A stretch of 64,000 nucleotides of DNA from the human T2T-CHM13v2.0 reference genome, Homo sapiens: the NCBI RefSeq assembly GCF_009914755.1, contig NC_060934.1. One strand, written 5' to 3'. The notes beneath the pieces are model-generated. The model did no database searches. It saw nothing but the letters and a program-made list of their open reading frames with translations, and was not told the DNA's origin. Below, in pieces: positions 30,730-50,017 of this stretch. The translations under genes and the position numbers were made by a program. How positions within the stretch are numbered: position 1 is the stretch's first letter; each line of letters starts with the position of its first letter.

Positions 30730-31985
30730 CATGTTTACTGGCAGTGAAATTATTAAGGTTAAAATCCAAAACACTAACACCACCAAGTGCTGGTGAGTAT
30801 GAAAAGCAACAGGAACTATCATTCTTTGCTGGTAGGACTGCAAAATGTTATAGCCCCTTTGGAGGACAGCTTGTCAGTTCCTTACAAAACTAAACATAAT
30901 GCCTAGGTACTTACCCAAATGAGCTGAAAACATGTTTACATAAAAACCTGCACACAAATGTTTACAGCAGCTTTGTTCATAATCATCCCAAATTGGAAGC
31001 AACTAAGATGTCCTTGATATAAGTGAATGGATAAACTGTCGTACAAGGTGGTACATCCATGCAAAGAAATATTGTTCAGTGATTTTTTTAAAAAGAGCTA
31101 TTGATATGGTTTGGCTCTGTATCCCCACCCAATCTGATCTTGAATTGTACTCCCATAATTCCCACGTGTTGTGGGAGGGACCTGGTGGGAGATAATTTGA
31201 ATCCTGGGGGCAGTTTCCCCCAGACTGTTCTTGTGGTAGTGAATAAGTCTCACGAGATCTGATGGTTTTATCAGGGGTTTCCGCTTTTGCATCATCCTCA
31301 TTTTCTCTTGCTGCCACCATGATTCTGAGGCCTTCCCAGCCATGTGGAACTCTAAGTCCAATTAAACCTCTTTTTCTTCCCAGTCTGGGGTATGTCTTTA
31401 TCAGCAGTGTGAAAACAGACTAATACAGCTCTCAAGCTACAAAAAGACATGGAGGAATGTTAAATGTACAGCACCAAGAGAAGCCCAGTGGAAAAGGCTG
31501 TAAACGCTACAACTTTAACTATATGACACTCTGGAAAGGGCAAAACTCAGTGGTTCCCTGGGCATCAGGGAAGGAGAGAGGGATGAATAGGTGGAACACA
31601 GGTCATTTTTACTGGTAGTGAAATTATTCAGTATGATACTCTCATAGTGGATACATGACCTTATGCATTTGTCAAAACCCATAGAACTGTGCCACACAAA
31701 GTGAGTCCTAATGTAAACTATGGACTTCAGTTAATCATAATGTATCAATAGTTGTTCCTCAGTTGTACATTTGTTGGAATTGATGAACCAATATTGATAC
31801 ATTGTGATTAACTGAAGTTTATATATCAATTATGAATTGATATACTTGTTAACACTAATATAAAACAGTAATAACAGGGGAAACTATGTTTGTAATGGGA
31901 GAGAGGGCACATGGGAACTCTGTACTTCATGCACAATTTTTCTATAAACCTAATACTGCTCTCAAAAGTCTATTACAAAGGAAAA
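30730..31985 (+). mobile_element. Old L1 (L1M) 3' region, interrupted by the THE1 LTR
   Basis: tgctggtaggactgcaaaatg, acagcagctttgttcataat, gaatggataaactgt, gggaactctgtactt L1 3' motifs. Confidence 0.8.
31102..31427 (+). mobile_element. THE1-family MaLR solo LTR inserted in L1
   Basis: TGATATGGTTTGGCT...ACTAATACA termini, 5-bp TSD gctat/gctct. Confidence 0.9.
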
Positions 31986-32204
31986 AATTATGTCCTTGTA
32001 ATCTTTTGAGACTGCTTTTCACTTAATTAACACACATAAGATTCAGCCATATTTTATGGCTATCATTCATTCAGACTATTATATGATATTCCAGTGTATA
32101 AATATACTACATTTGTCTGATTTCTCATTAATGGATATTTGGGTTGCTTCCAGGTTTTTATACTGTGAATAATGCTGCTATGAACATTCTTTTTTTTTTT
32201 TTAA

Positions 32205-32342
<138 letters not shown>

Positions 32343-32989
32343 TGAGTAGCTGAGACTACAGGTGCCCGCCACCACTCCCGGCTAATTTTTGTATTTTTAG
32401 TAAAGACGAGGTTTCACCATGTTGCCCAGGGTGGTCTTGAACTCCTGACCTCAGGTGATCCACCCGCCTTGGCCTCCCAAAGTGCTGGGATTACAGGTGT
32501 GAGCCACCACGCCCAGCCAGCTATGAACATTCTTGTGTCTCCTGTGATAGATGTGGAAGAGCCTTTCACCCCTCAGCCATTAGACCACCAGGGAGTGCAA
32601 GAGCTTTTCTTTGATCTATTTGGATCTATACCTAAAAGTGAAATTGTCAGGTAACAGGGTATATGAACACTCCATTTTGGTGGGTAACATCAAACCTTTT
32701 TCCCAAAGTGAATACACAAATTTGTACTCCCATCAGCATCGTTTAAGAGACTCTGTGAGCGGATCCACATTTTCTTCAGTACTTAGTTTTGTAGTCTGAC
32801 AATCAAAGTATTAGCTCAATGTGGTCTTAATTTTTACTTAATCAATAAAGTTGAACATCTCCTCATATTCTGTTAACCATAAGTTTCCTCTTCTGAAGCA
32901 TGCCCATTGATATCTTTTGCCTATTTTTCTATTATGTTATATGTGCTTTTCTCAATTTTTTAGGAATTTTTGATGCTAATTCTTTGTTA

Positions 32990-33473
<484 letters not shown>

Positions 33474-33706
33474 TCATCCATAGAAACTAAGAGTTTTAAA
33501 ATTTGATATTTTCAGGGATCCCAGGAGGATAAAAAATATATAAATAAAAAATGCAACTTTGAGCCGGGTGTGGTGGCCCACACCTGTAATCTCAGTACTT
33601 CGGGAGGCTGAGGCGGGTGGATCACTTGAGATCAGGAGTTCAAGACCAGCCTGGCCAGCACCCCTTCTCTACTGAAAATATAAAAATTATAAAAATATAA
33701 AAATTA

Positions 33707-33961
<255 letters not shown>

Positions 33962-34004
33962 CTATTGAACACCCTCCACCAAGTTGATCTAACATGTTCC
34001 CTGT

Positions 34005-34470
34005 GTTATTGTGCAATTTGAGTCCTTTAAGAAGAAGATCACAAGAAACTAAATGTGCAAGAGATGGACTGAAGGAAAATCTTGTAAAAAAATGAAAGGA
34101 GGAGGGAAATGGAATAGTCAAGGATGCCCACAGTTCAGGTTGGACACCTGTGAAAATAGAGAAGGAAGGAGGGCTGAATGGGAATTGTCTCAGACTTGGT
34201 GCAGCTTTGAGAAAGCCCTGGCTAGCCCTGTGGGGAGCCCCAGAGCAAAGACTGCCCCCTAGAGGAGTCCCATGGATTCTAGCTCCAGTACCTCCACAAT
34301 CTCAGTCACTGGCTGAAAGCAGTTCTGGGAGAGCCTGCTCTGGGAGAGTAGTCACCTGAATACTGCCATGGACATGAAGACGCAGCACTTGGAGGTTGTC
34401 CACTAACTACACTCCTTGCAGCAGGTTCTCTTGGAGGGAGGTCTGAGCAGCACAGCTTCATGGCCACCAG
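34005..34470 (+). mobile_element. Old ERVL-type solo LTR, LTR41-like
   Basis: recalled resemblance to the LTR41 family plus internal CTCF motif; boundaries approximate. Confidence 0.45.
34252..34265 (-). promoter_or_regulatory. CTCF motif inside an old LTR
   Basis: CCTCTAGGGGGCAG on the minus strand. Confidence 0.6.
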
Positions 34471-34917
34471 GGATACCAGAGTTTCATATAGACTGAGTTT
34501 ATTATTATTATGGACTCCAATGGAGTAGTCCATTGGCCAACTTGTCTATGCCTGTGCCAATACCAAACTACAGCTTCATTATAAGTTTTCATCCTGGTAG
34601 GGTATGTCTCCTTCTTGCTCTTCTTTAGAAGGGTGCTGGCTATTCTTGGTCCCTCACTCTTCCATATATATTCAGGGGTTTTAAGCAGAGGACTAACATC
34701 AGATCTGTATAGTAGCAGGATAGCTCAAGCATTAGTGTGGGGTATTATAGGAATGAAAGATAGCAGGCTGAGAGAACTTCTGGGAGATTATTTCAACAGT
34801 CCAAGTAAGAGAAAAGGAGGTATATGTTGAGTGGATTTAGGCAGTATCAGTGAGAAGAGTCTGAAGATTATGGATACAAGAGAACAGGGCAGAAGGATGA
34901 GAGAAAGGGGAAACTGA

Positions 34918-35550
<633 letters not shown>

Positions 35551-35958
35551 TGAGCCACCATGCCTGGCCTAGACTGGGGCCTCTTATTGAGTCAGGGAAT
35601 ATGGGAGAAGAAACAGGTTGTAGGGAAAGTTCATTTGGTTTTGTACTTGCTTGTGGGGCATGTATTTTAAGCTGTCCATTGTATAAATGGACATAGCAGT
35701 CTGGAGCTCACTCAGACTGGCTTTGGGAGTAATAAATCTGCAGGTGTAGTTTAATTTTAGTATTAGAGAAAATATTCCCTGGGGAAGGCATGGACGAGGA
35801 GTGGACTAAGAATCCTGGAGGTTGCCGACATATGAGAAGTCAGAAGAGGAACTACTTAAAAACTTGATAAGAAACAACCAAAGGGGCTGGGCATGGTGGC
35901 TCACACCTGTAATCCCAGCACTTTGGGAGGCAGGTGGATCACTTGAGGTCAGGAGTTA

Positions 35959-38349
<2,391 letters not shown>

Positions 38350-39045
38350 TAGTGGAGACAGGGTTTCACTGTGTTAGCCAGGATGGTCTCGATTTTCTGA
38401 CCTCGTGATCCGCCCGCCTCGGCCTCCCAAAGTGCTGGGATTACAGGCGTGAGCCACCGCGCCCAGCACCACTACTTTTTAAAAGGCTGTGATGGAGATT
38501 TCTTTAAGAAGATTAAATTTAAAGAATACCTAATTTATTTGATCTTACTGAAAGGAAAGCAAACAACTGAGGGATAATTTGGGGATATCTTAATAATAAG
38601 TACCTAGAAAACCAAGTGAACAGAAAATAAGGAATTTACTAACTCTCCTTTTTTTTTTTTTTGAGATGGAGTCTCGCTCTGTCACCCAGGCTGGAGTGCA
38701 GTGGTGTGATCTCGCTCACTGCAAGCTGGGCCTCCTGGGTTCACGCCATTATCCTGCCTCAGCCTCCGGAGTAGCTGGGACTACAGGAGCCTGCCACCAG
38801 GCCCAGCTAATTTTTGTATTTTTTTTTTTAGTAGAGACGGGGGTTTCATCGTGTTGGCCAGGATGGTCTTGATCTCCTGACCTCGTGATCCGCCCACCTC
38901 GGCCTCCCAAAGTGCTGGGATTACAGGCGTAAGCTACCATGCCCGGCCGAAATTTACTAACTCTTTAAGATGAAAGTTATATAGGAAAGGAAAAGTGATT
39001 ATGTTGCATTATTTGGCTCAGCTGTAGATAGCAGTTACAGGGTCA

Positions 39046-39565
<520 letters not shown>

Positions 39566-39569
39566 CTAC

Positions 39570-39779
39570 ACACAGCGCCCCACTTATGATTCTTCAACTT
39601 TGCGATGGTGCAAAAGCAATAGCATTCAGGACACGCCTCAACTTACAATGAGGTTATATGGGGATAACCCAGTTGAAAATACTGAAAGTTGAATTCCTAC
39701 ATAGGATATTTTCAATGTTCAATGGGTTTATCGGGAGGTGGAGCATCCCGATAAACCCATAAGCAGGGGAGCATCTGTA
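39570..39779. mobile_element. MER47/Tigger5-derived DNA transposon (MITE)
   Basis: actt(a/t)(c/g)gatgg repeats, gggtttatcggga, terminal gagcatctg|ta. Confidence 0.7.
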
Positions 39780-40930
39780 CCATAATTTCTGTTTTCCTCA
39801 CTGGACCCTGACTGATACGCGGATCCATTATATCCACTTTAAAGACAAGAGAAGTGAGGCTCAAGGAAATTAAGAAGCACACCAAAGGTCACTGCTGCAC
39901 AGGGCCCTGGCTGATTCTCCAGCCTTTGCCATACTCCATATTACCACTATTAAGCTACATATCAACAGACAATTGTCCTCTATGAAAAGCAGATTGTCAC
40001 AGGTTATTATGACAATTATTTGAAGCTGATGTCGCCGTGGGATGGGCTCTGTTCTGCATCCTGAAGGCTGCGGCTGGTGAGACAGCAGAGGGAGCTCTGT
40101 CCCTAAGGAGACAGCCTCCAACCTGCTGGCCCCGCCGGGAATAAGGGCACCTCGATACCTGTCGTGATTAAAAGATTTGGGTAAGTTCTTCATCCTAGAG
40201 AAGGTAGGCTCCTTGAAGGGAAGGGAAAGGAAGCAAGGGAACACGTATTAGGCTCCAGGAACTGTGTTAATTTGATTTTTAAAATGTTAAACGGGAACTG
40301 CGTTGTTTGAAGCAGGCTGTCCTCCAGGAGCAGGAATACAGGGCCCCTTCCCGTCCTCCTCCCACCCCACGCCTGATTTCACCCCCAAGTTAAGGGGAGC
40401 TTCTCTGAAGTGGGCTACACTGGCCACTGGACAGTTACTGAGTAAAAGGGACCTCGGATAAGGGTGTGGTTCTCCTCCCTGGATCCCCTGATGCCACCTC
40501 ACAGGAGCACTGAAGGGCAGCTGGCACCCTCACTGGAGAGCGAGCATTCTCATTCTCCCTTCTCCTCCCGAGACCTGCACCAGCTTTGCCTTGGCTCCAG
40601 GGGCTGTCTTGTTCTTGCTCTTGCTCTCTGCATCCATTCTTCCAGATGATGATGGATCCCTGTGAAACTGACTTGTCCCATATCACAGACCAGCATCTGA
40701 GACTCAAATCTGAGCATCAGGGAAGTAAACCTTCAACCTTGGAACCTGTACACAGACCTCACAGCTTGATCAACTCAGACACAGAGGGCAGCTGTGGGTC
40801 CAGCCCAGCCTATCCACTCTCTCTAGTGGGATTTGGAGGAACACTCCACAATCCCTTGGCTGGCCTTCCATTTACCCTCCATTGCCTGCTTTGGAACTAG
40901 GTCTAGGTAGACGTGACTGGCCGGAGGTAG

Positions 40931-41162
<232 letters not shown>

Positions 41163-41737
41163 TGATGGCCAGGCTGGTCTCGAACTTCTGACCTCAAGTG
41201 ATCTGCCCACCTCAGCTTCCCAAAGTGCGGGGATTACAGGCATGAGTCACTGTGTCTGACTGAATATGGGCCTTTCTGATTCCCCTAAACAAAATGCTAT
41301 TTCAAAACAAGAGGTAATATGTTACTCATATATATATATAAATATATAAAATGATATATGATGTATATATATCATATGACATTGTCAAGAATAAATTGAA
41401 TTCTTAGGAATTCACCACCCAACCTAAGAATGAATAAGTCACCCACACTTGATATCTGTATGTTCCATCTCTCTCATCTGTTTCGCCTCCAGAGGTTCTG
41501 AGTTTGTGCTTCTAATATTTTCTTATTTAAAATACTAATTTATCACAATTATATTTATTTATTTTGAGACAGGGTCTTGCTCTGATGCCCAAGCTGGAGT
41601 GCAGTGGTGCAATCATGGCTCTCTGCAACCTCTACCTCCTGGGCTCAAGTGATCCTCCCATCTCAGCCCTCCAGTAGCTGAGATTACAGGTGCGTGCCAC
41701 CACGCCCAGCTAATTTTTGTATTTTTTTCAGAGATAG

Positions 41738-42180
<443 letters not shown>

Positions 42181-42698
42181 TAATTTTCTGTAGCCACAGG
42201 GAATCTCACTGTATTGGCCAGGGTGGTCTCAAATTTCTGGCCTCAAGTAATCCTCCCATCTCAGCCTCCCAAAGTGCTGGAATTAGGCGTGAGCCACTGC
42301 ACTTGGCCAAAGGCAAGATTTGAAAAAGAAATGAAACTTTAAAAATGTAAAACAATTGTTTAAACAAACATAATGGTTAAACACCAAATTTGATGCAGAT
42401 ATTGAGAAGATGAGTGAACTGGAGGAGAGATCTGAAGAAATCACCCTGCCTGCAATGGGGACAGGAAGGAGGTGGGAAACACAGAAGAGTTCATGGAGCA
42501 GGGAGGAGAGAATAAATTTAATATTCATTAGATTGCAGTCTAGGAGAGGGCAGAGAAAAAGAACAAGAGCCAAACAGCTGAAGAGGAAATATAGCCAAAG
42601 AGAAACAACTGAGAATTTTCCAGAATGTAAAAGACACGCATCCTTAGATGCATCCTTACATTACAGAATGTAGAAGACATGCATCCTTAGATGTCAGG

Positions 42699-43096
42699 GT
42701 ATCCATTTGCCAGCGCTGAACTAACAAAGCACCACAGACTAGGTGGCTTGAACAACAGAAATTAATTTTCTTACCACTCGGGAGTCTAGAAGTCTCATGT
42801 CATGGTGTCAGCAGGGTTGGTTTCTTCTGAATCTCTCTCCTTGGCTTGCACGTGGCTGTCTTCTCCCTGTGTCTTCACGTGGTCTCCCCTCTGTGTATGT
42901 TTGTGTCTTAATCTCTTTCTATAAGGACTCCATCATATTGGATTAGGACTCAGCCTACTGACCTCATTTAATCTAATTACCTCTTTAAAGACCCTATCTC
43001 CAAATACAGCCACATTCTGAGGCCATGGGGGTTAGGACTTCAATAGGTGAATTTGGTGGTGGGAGGGGAACACAATTCACAATTCAGCCCATAACA
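42699..43096 (-). mobile_element. MLT1-family MaLR LTR
   Basis: taacaaagcaccacagactaggtggcttgaacaacagaaatt ... aattcagcccataaca. Confidence 0.8.
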
Positions 43097-43277
43097 ATAG
43101 GAATCACAATACATACTAGGTGAAATAGATGAAAAGAAATCCACACCCGACACAATATAGTAAAGCTGCAGAACACCAAAGACAAAGAGAAGGTCTTCAA
43201 AACAATCCGAGAGAAAAGCCACACCCTGCTTAACAGTGGAGTGGCTCCCCACCCACCATCTATATTTCTTTTTTCTT

Positions 43278-43310
<33 letters not shown>

Positions 43311-43606
43311 TTTTTTGAGGTGGAGTCTCACTCTGTTGCCCAGGATGGCATGCAATGGTGCAATATGGGCTTACTGCAACCTCCGCCTCCCTGGTTCGAG
43401 CAATTTTCCTACCTCAGCCTCCTGAGTAGCTGGGATTACAGGTGCCCGCTACGATGCCCAGCTAATTTTTCTTGTATTTTTAGTAGAGACGGGGTTTCAG
43501 CATGTTGGCCAGGCTGGTCTCAAACTCCTGACCTCAAATGATCCACCTGCCTCAGCCTCCCAAAGTGCTGGGATGCTGGGATTACAGGTGTGAGTCACCA
43601 CACCTA

Positions 43607-43643
<37 letters not shown>

Positions 43644-43956
43644 AGACAGGGTCCTACTCTGTTCCCCAGGCTGGAGTGCAGTGACATAATCATAGCTCAC
43701 TTCAGTCTCAGTCAATCCTCCTACCTCAGCCCCCCAAGTACCTGGGATTACAGGTACACGCCACCATACCTGGCTAATTTAAAAAAATTCTTTGTAGAGA
43801 CAGGGTCTTGCTATGTTGCTGAGGCTGGTCTTGAACTTCTGGGCTCAAGTGATTCTCCCATCTCAGCGTCCCGAAGTACTGAGATTGTAGGTGCAAGCCA
43901 TTGTGCCTGCTGCCCCCAACCACCTATATTTCAAATACTCCCACTGGCATTTATGA

Positions 43957-44190
<234 letters not shown>

Positions 44191-45515
44191 TAGCCAGGAT
44201 GGTCTTGATCTCCTGACCTCATGATCCACCCTCCTCAGCCTCCCGAAGTGCTGGGATTACAGGCGTGAGCCACCGTGCCCGGGCGATTTTTGATTTTTTT
44301 GGTACCACAGCCCTACCCCTTTTCCCCTTGTGAAAGACATAAGCTTCTGACTCCATCTAGGTTGATCCAGTACTGTTTCCTGAACAGGTGGCGGGCGCCT
44401 GTAATCCCAGCTACTCAGGAGGCTGAGGCAGGAGGATTGCTTGAACCTGGGAAGTAGAGGTTGCAGTGAGCCGAGATTGCGGCACTGCACTCCAGCCTGG
44501 GCCACAGAGCCAGGCTCCGTCTCAAAACAAACAAACAAAAACAGATGTTGTGTTGCAGGTAGCTAAAGCTGCCAAAGGGGTCTGGGTATATTCAGTGTGG
44601 GAGATGGGCGTTGGTCCGTATTCCTGGCTGGGGAAAAGAAAGGTGGTATAGACCTTTCCTATACCAGGTGATATACAGAGTTCATAGTTTTGCCAAGGGT
44701 TCCAAAGACAGGTGTCGGTGGTGATGACAAGTCATCTCTGCTTCCTCTAACTCTAGTGCTCTTGGTCACCAATGCCTGAGGCCTGGAATTTTATAATTTA
44801 ATTCGTCATGTGGGGGTGTTTGGTCTCCCCAGTGAGACAGGTGTCTGTCTTAATGTGTCCCATAACCCCTATTGCACCAGATGTTTGTCTCTGCACTAGG
44901 CCGTTGCCCGAGAGCTCACCGGGGAATGAGTTAGTTGGGGACCCCTGGAGAACCTTTGTGTTCTGGAGCCTACAGAGGGCTCTGGCCTGCCGGAGGGGAC
45001 TGATAACAGCTGTACATCTGCTGCTGCAGCCTCTGCCTCCACCAGCATCATCTTTTGCAAGGGAAACTGCAGTCTTCTCCATTGGCCTCCCTCCTTTCAA
45101 TGCATTCTCCACACAGCAGTCAAGTGATCTTTTTGAAAAGATAGGAATCAGGCTATGCCACTGTTTTCTTAATGTCTTCTGTGGCCTCCCATAGCATTCA
45201 GAATGAAATCCAAACTCCTTGCTGTGGTCTATACAAACCTGCAGGAGATGGCCTATTGCCTTAGTTTCTTCTCCTCTTGCCCACTCTGATTCAGCCTCCT
45301 GGGTTTTTTTCCCAGTTCATCAAATATGCCAAGCTCTTTCCCACCCCAGGGCCTTTGCCCTTGTTCTTTCTGCTTTCTTTTTCCCAGAGCTGGGCTGTTG
45401 TCATCTATCAAGTCACCGCTCAGGGGTCACCTTCCTCATCTCCTATAGAAAGTGGATTCCCCTTGTTACTCTCTATTTCATCACTGTTTCTTTCTTTCAC
45501 GTGCTAATCATAAGC

Positions 45516-46081
<566 letters not shown>

Positions 46082-46819
46082 TAAGCTCTATCTATTTGGT
46101 TTGCTTGCTTGTTTGTGTCAGTCTCCCCAACTAAAATCTAAGCTCCACCAGTCTCCTGTTGTCCATTGTACCTCTAGGTCCCAGCAGAGTATCTGGTGCA
46201 TCCAGTAGGCATCACAGTAACTGGTGGAAAGCATGCCAGGTGCTATCTGGCCTAGGCCCCGGACCCTGTAGCACACCTCTTTGTGGAAACTCAAAACCCG
46301 GCAGAGTTACCAGAGCTGTACCTGTGACCCAGTGCACCTCAGCTCCCAACCATCCAGTATACAGTCAGAATTTCAACTGGTCCCAGCAGCCGAAAGGAGT
46401 GGAAATGCAGAGCTAGCAACAGTTTACCTCCATAAATTCGACTCCCTGTTGCTCCTGGTATTAACTCTGGTTTCATGCACTTCCACTCCAATGAAGACTT
46501 GGCACATTTCAAAATACCTCTGCACAGCAGGACACTGATTGAATTCGAGGTGCTGGGAAGCCAGTTGAAGAATATAATGGTAAAATCACTGGTCGCTTTA
46601 TATTGTAGTAAAGAACTTGAACAAACAACTATTACACCTCCTTTAATGTTCCATTCTGTTTCAAGTGAATCTGGAATAAGTATAGTAACTTATACTGCTT
46701 TTAACCTGCCCCATTAGACTTGTCCACTTTGGCCCACGGTGCTTTTGATTTGAGGTTCCAGTCTGTCTCTCAGCAGCACTGTTTGTACATAACGTGGGTC
46801 CAGTTTGTAACATTTGTAA

Positions 46820-47155
<336 letters not shown>

Positions 47156-48662
47156 TGATTCGCCTGCCTCAGCCTCCCAAAGTGCTGGGATTACAGGGGT
47201 GAGCCACTGTGCCCGGCCGGTAATTATGTATTTTAAATGTTCCCATTTGGTCGTATAAATTACGGTACATCCATTCAACAAAATACTGCCCAGTCATTTT
47301 AAGAGTGTGGGGGAATTAATAGGCATTAACATGCTCAAGATTATTGTTAAGTGAAAACAGCAAGTTGCAGAGCATTAAGTATAACATCTCTCTGTGTATA
47401 AGTGTGTGTAAATGTGTTTTCTTATAAACAAGGCTTATTTTTGGAAAAAGACTCTAAGTCATCTCTGGATGTACAATGGCTATCATGGTAATCGCTAACA
47501 TATATCACATGCTTGTTCTCTGCCAGGCATTGCACCAAGTGCCTTTCCTATCCTTCATTTAATCTACATAATAACCCTAAGAGGAAGGTATTACTATTAT
47601 CTTCCATTTATAGATTAGGAAACTGAGGCCAGGAGAAGTCAAGTGCTCAACTTCAGCATTCTATACTATTCGTTGTGGGTTTTTCTTTTTTAAATGTATC
47701 TGCATTACTTTTAAAATAAAAATAATACTATTAAATATTTTAAAATCTTCCCCTCTTCTGGGATTTTGAAACTGAGAGTGGCAATAGAACTGTTCAGTGC
47801 CAAGTTCTGTTGTGGCAGTGAATGAAAACCCAGGTTGTGCTAGGTGCAGTGGGCCAGTGGCTCACGCCTGTAACCCCAGCACTTTGGGAGGCTGAAGCAG
47901 GAACTTTACTTGAGCTCAGGAGTTTGAGACAAGCCTGGGCAACATGGTGAGACTCTGTTTTTACAAAAAAATTAAAAATTAGTTGGGTGTGGTGGTACAT
48001 ACCTGTTGTCTTAGCTACTGAGGTGAATGAGATGGGAGGATCACTTGAGCCCGGGAGATGGAAGCTGTGGCAAGCTGTGATCATGCCATGGCATTCTAGC
48101 CTGGGCAACAGAGCAAGATCCTGTCTTATAAAAAAAAAAAAAGAAGAAGAAGAAACTCAAGTTGTGTCACTTCTAGGCAGGCGCCCTTTTTCTCACAGTC
48201 TGGTGTGGAGAGGTGGTTGAGAAGCCTCTAGGCTCATAGGCAGAGCTCAGTAGAAGCAGGAGGAGGAAAGGTCAAGTTGGAGGCCCTCAGGTACTGCTGC
48301 CTCTGGTTTTCTGAGTGTAATTATGGATGGGCTGACCCCACTGCCTACCGTGGTGACACTAAGGGGAGTCTCCAAACTGAAGGGCAGCACTGCCCCCCAA
48401 GTAGCCAGAAAAATTCAAGGTCAGTTGTTAGCTGCAACCTTTTATCCAATAGCATCTGGAGGCATCTGGATAAGATCCATTAAAATACTCATTGTGATGC
48501 CAGACCTCATACGAACATTCATTTGACACCCACAACTACTCATAAGCCTGATTGTCCCCATTTGAACAGTGAGGTTTGTGAAATTAAGTGATGTAAGTCT
48601 CACAAACAACTGCAAGTTTAGGACTGACTTGACCTTAGGACTGTCTGGCGCTCCACTAATTC

Positions 48663-48676
48663 CCACGCGGGGGCGC
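48663..48676 (+). promoter_or_regulatory. Candidate CTCF motif
   Basis: CCACGCGGGGGCGC with retained CpGs in CpG-poor surroundings. Confidence 0.5.
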
Positions 48677-48760
48677 TGGTGGAGGAGCTGATGGCAGCCA
48701 GATGTTGCAGTTTTTGTATGTTGCGCCCTCCCTTATTAAGTATCCTTCACCCAAACTGTG

Positions 48761-49113
48761 TGATATGGCTTGGCTGTGTCCCCATTCAAATCTCAACTTC
48801 AACTGTATCTCCTGGAATTCCCATGTGTTGTGGGAGAGACCTGGGGGAGGTAATTGAATCATGGGGGCTTGTCTTTTCCGTGCTGTTCTCATGATAGTGA
48901 ATAAGTCTCACGAGATCTGATGGTTTGATCAGGGGTTTCCTCGTTTGCTTCTTCCTCATTTTCTCTTGCTGCTGCCATGTGAGAAGTGCCCTTTGCCCTC
49001 CGCCATGATTATGAGACCTACCCAGCCATGTGAAACCGTAAGTCAAATTAAACCTCTTTATCTTCCCAGTCTTGGGTATGTTTTTATCAGTAGCATAAAA
49101 ACGGACTAATACA
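48761..49113 (+). mobile_element. THE1-family MaLR solo LTR
   Basis: TGATATGG...ACTAATACA termini, perfect TSD CTGTG. Confidence 0.92.
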
Positions 49114-49979
49114 CTGTGAAACATATAAAAAATGAACAACGTTGGGCGTGGTGGCTTGCATTTGTAATCCCAGCTACTCAGGAAGCTGAGGTGGGAGAAT
49201 CGCTTGAGGGTGAGAGTTCAAGAGCAGCCTGGGCAAGAGAGCAAGACTTGTCTCTAAAAAATTTTTCTTAAATAAGAAATCAGCTGAGTGTGGTGGTGCA
49301 TGTCTGTAGTCCCAGCTACTCAGGAGGCTGAGGCAGAAAGATCGTGTGAGCTGTGGAGTTCAAGGCTTCACTGAGCTGCGATCACACCACTGCACTCCAG
49401 CCTGGGTGACAGAGCAAGAACCTGTCTCTGAAAAAGAAAAAAGAACAAATAGAGGCATCTGCTTCATGGACCAGCCTTCAAAAGGAGCCTCTGTTGTGCT
49501 CCCAAGTCATTTTCACACTGGAAGAAGAGTCAGCAAGGTGGCACCTGTTATCAAATCAGCCCGCTGCTACCTCCCTAATGACCTCCAAAACTGCCCTGAA
49601 ACTCAGAGACGTTCCAGGATTGATTGCTGTGTGTCCTGAAGTTTCCCTCTGGGCTCAGGTTCCTCAGCTTCCATGAACTGGCTGTTTGGACACCTACTGA
49701 ACCCTAATTCTATTAGTAATACCGAGGCCCCACTGTAAACTAAAGATTAGAAATGTAAAGGCTTGGCCTCTGCAAACCTCGGGGAGACTCACTGGGCCTG
49801 AATCCCACACCCTAGAAGTCTGGTGTCTTGAACCCAAGATTTTGGGGCAGTTTCTGAAGGACTTTCTGATGCTAAAAATGATGGTGAAGGGCAAACGTAC
49901 ACCCAGTTACTCCCAGGGCACTCCCTTTCCTGTACTTGAATACTGGGCTGGCTAGACTCAGATACACATGCACGGACAA

Positions 49980-49980
<1 letters not shown>

Positions 49981-50015
<35 letters not shown>
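49981..50015 (+). repeat. (CA)n microsatellite
   Basis: direct inspection. Confidence 0.95.
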
Positions 50016-50017
<2 letters not shown>

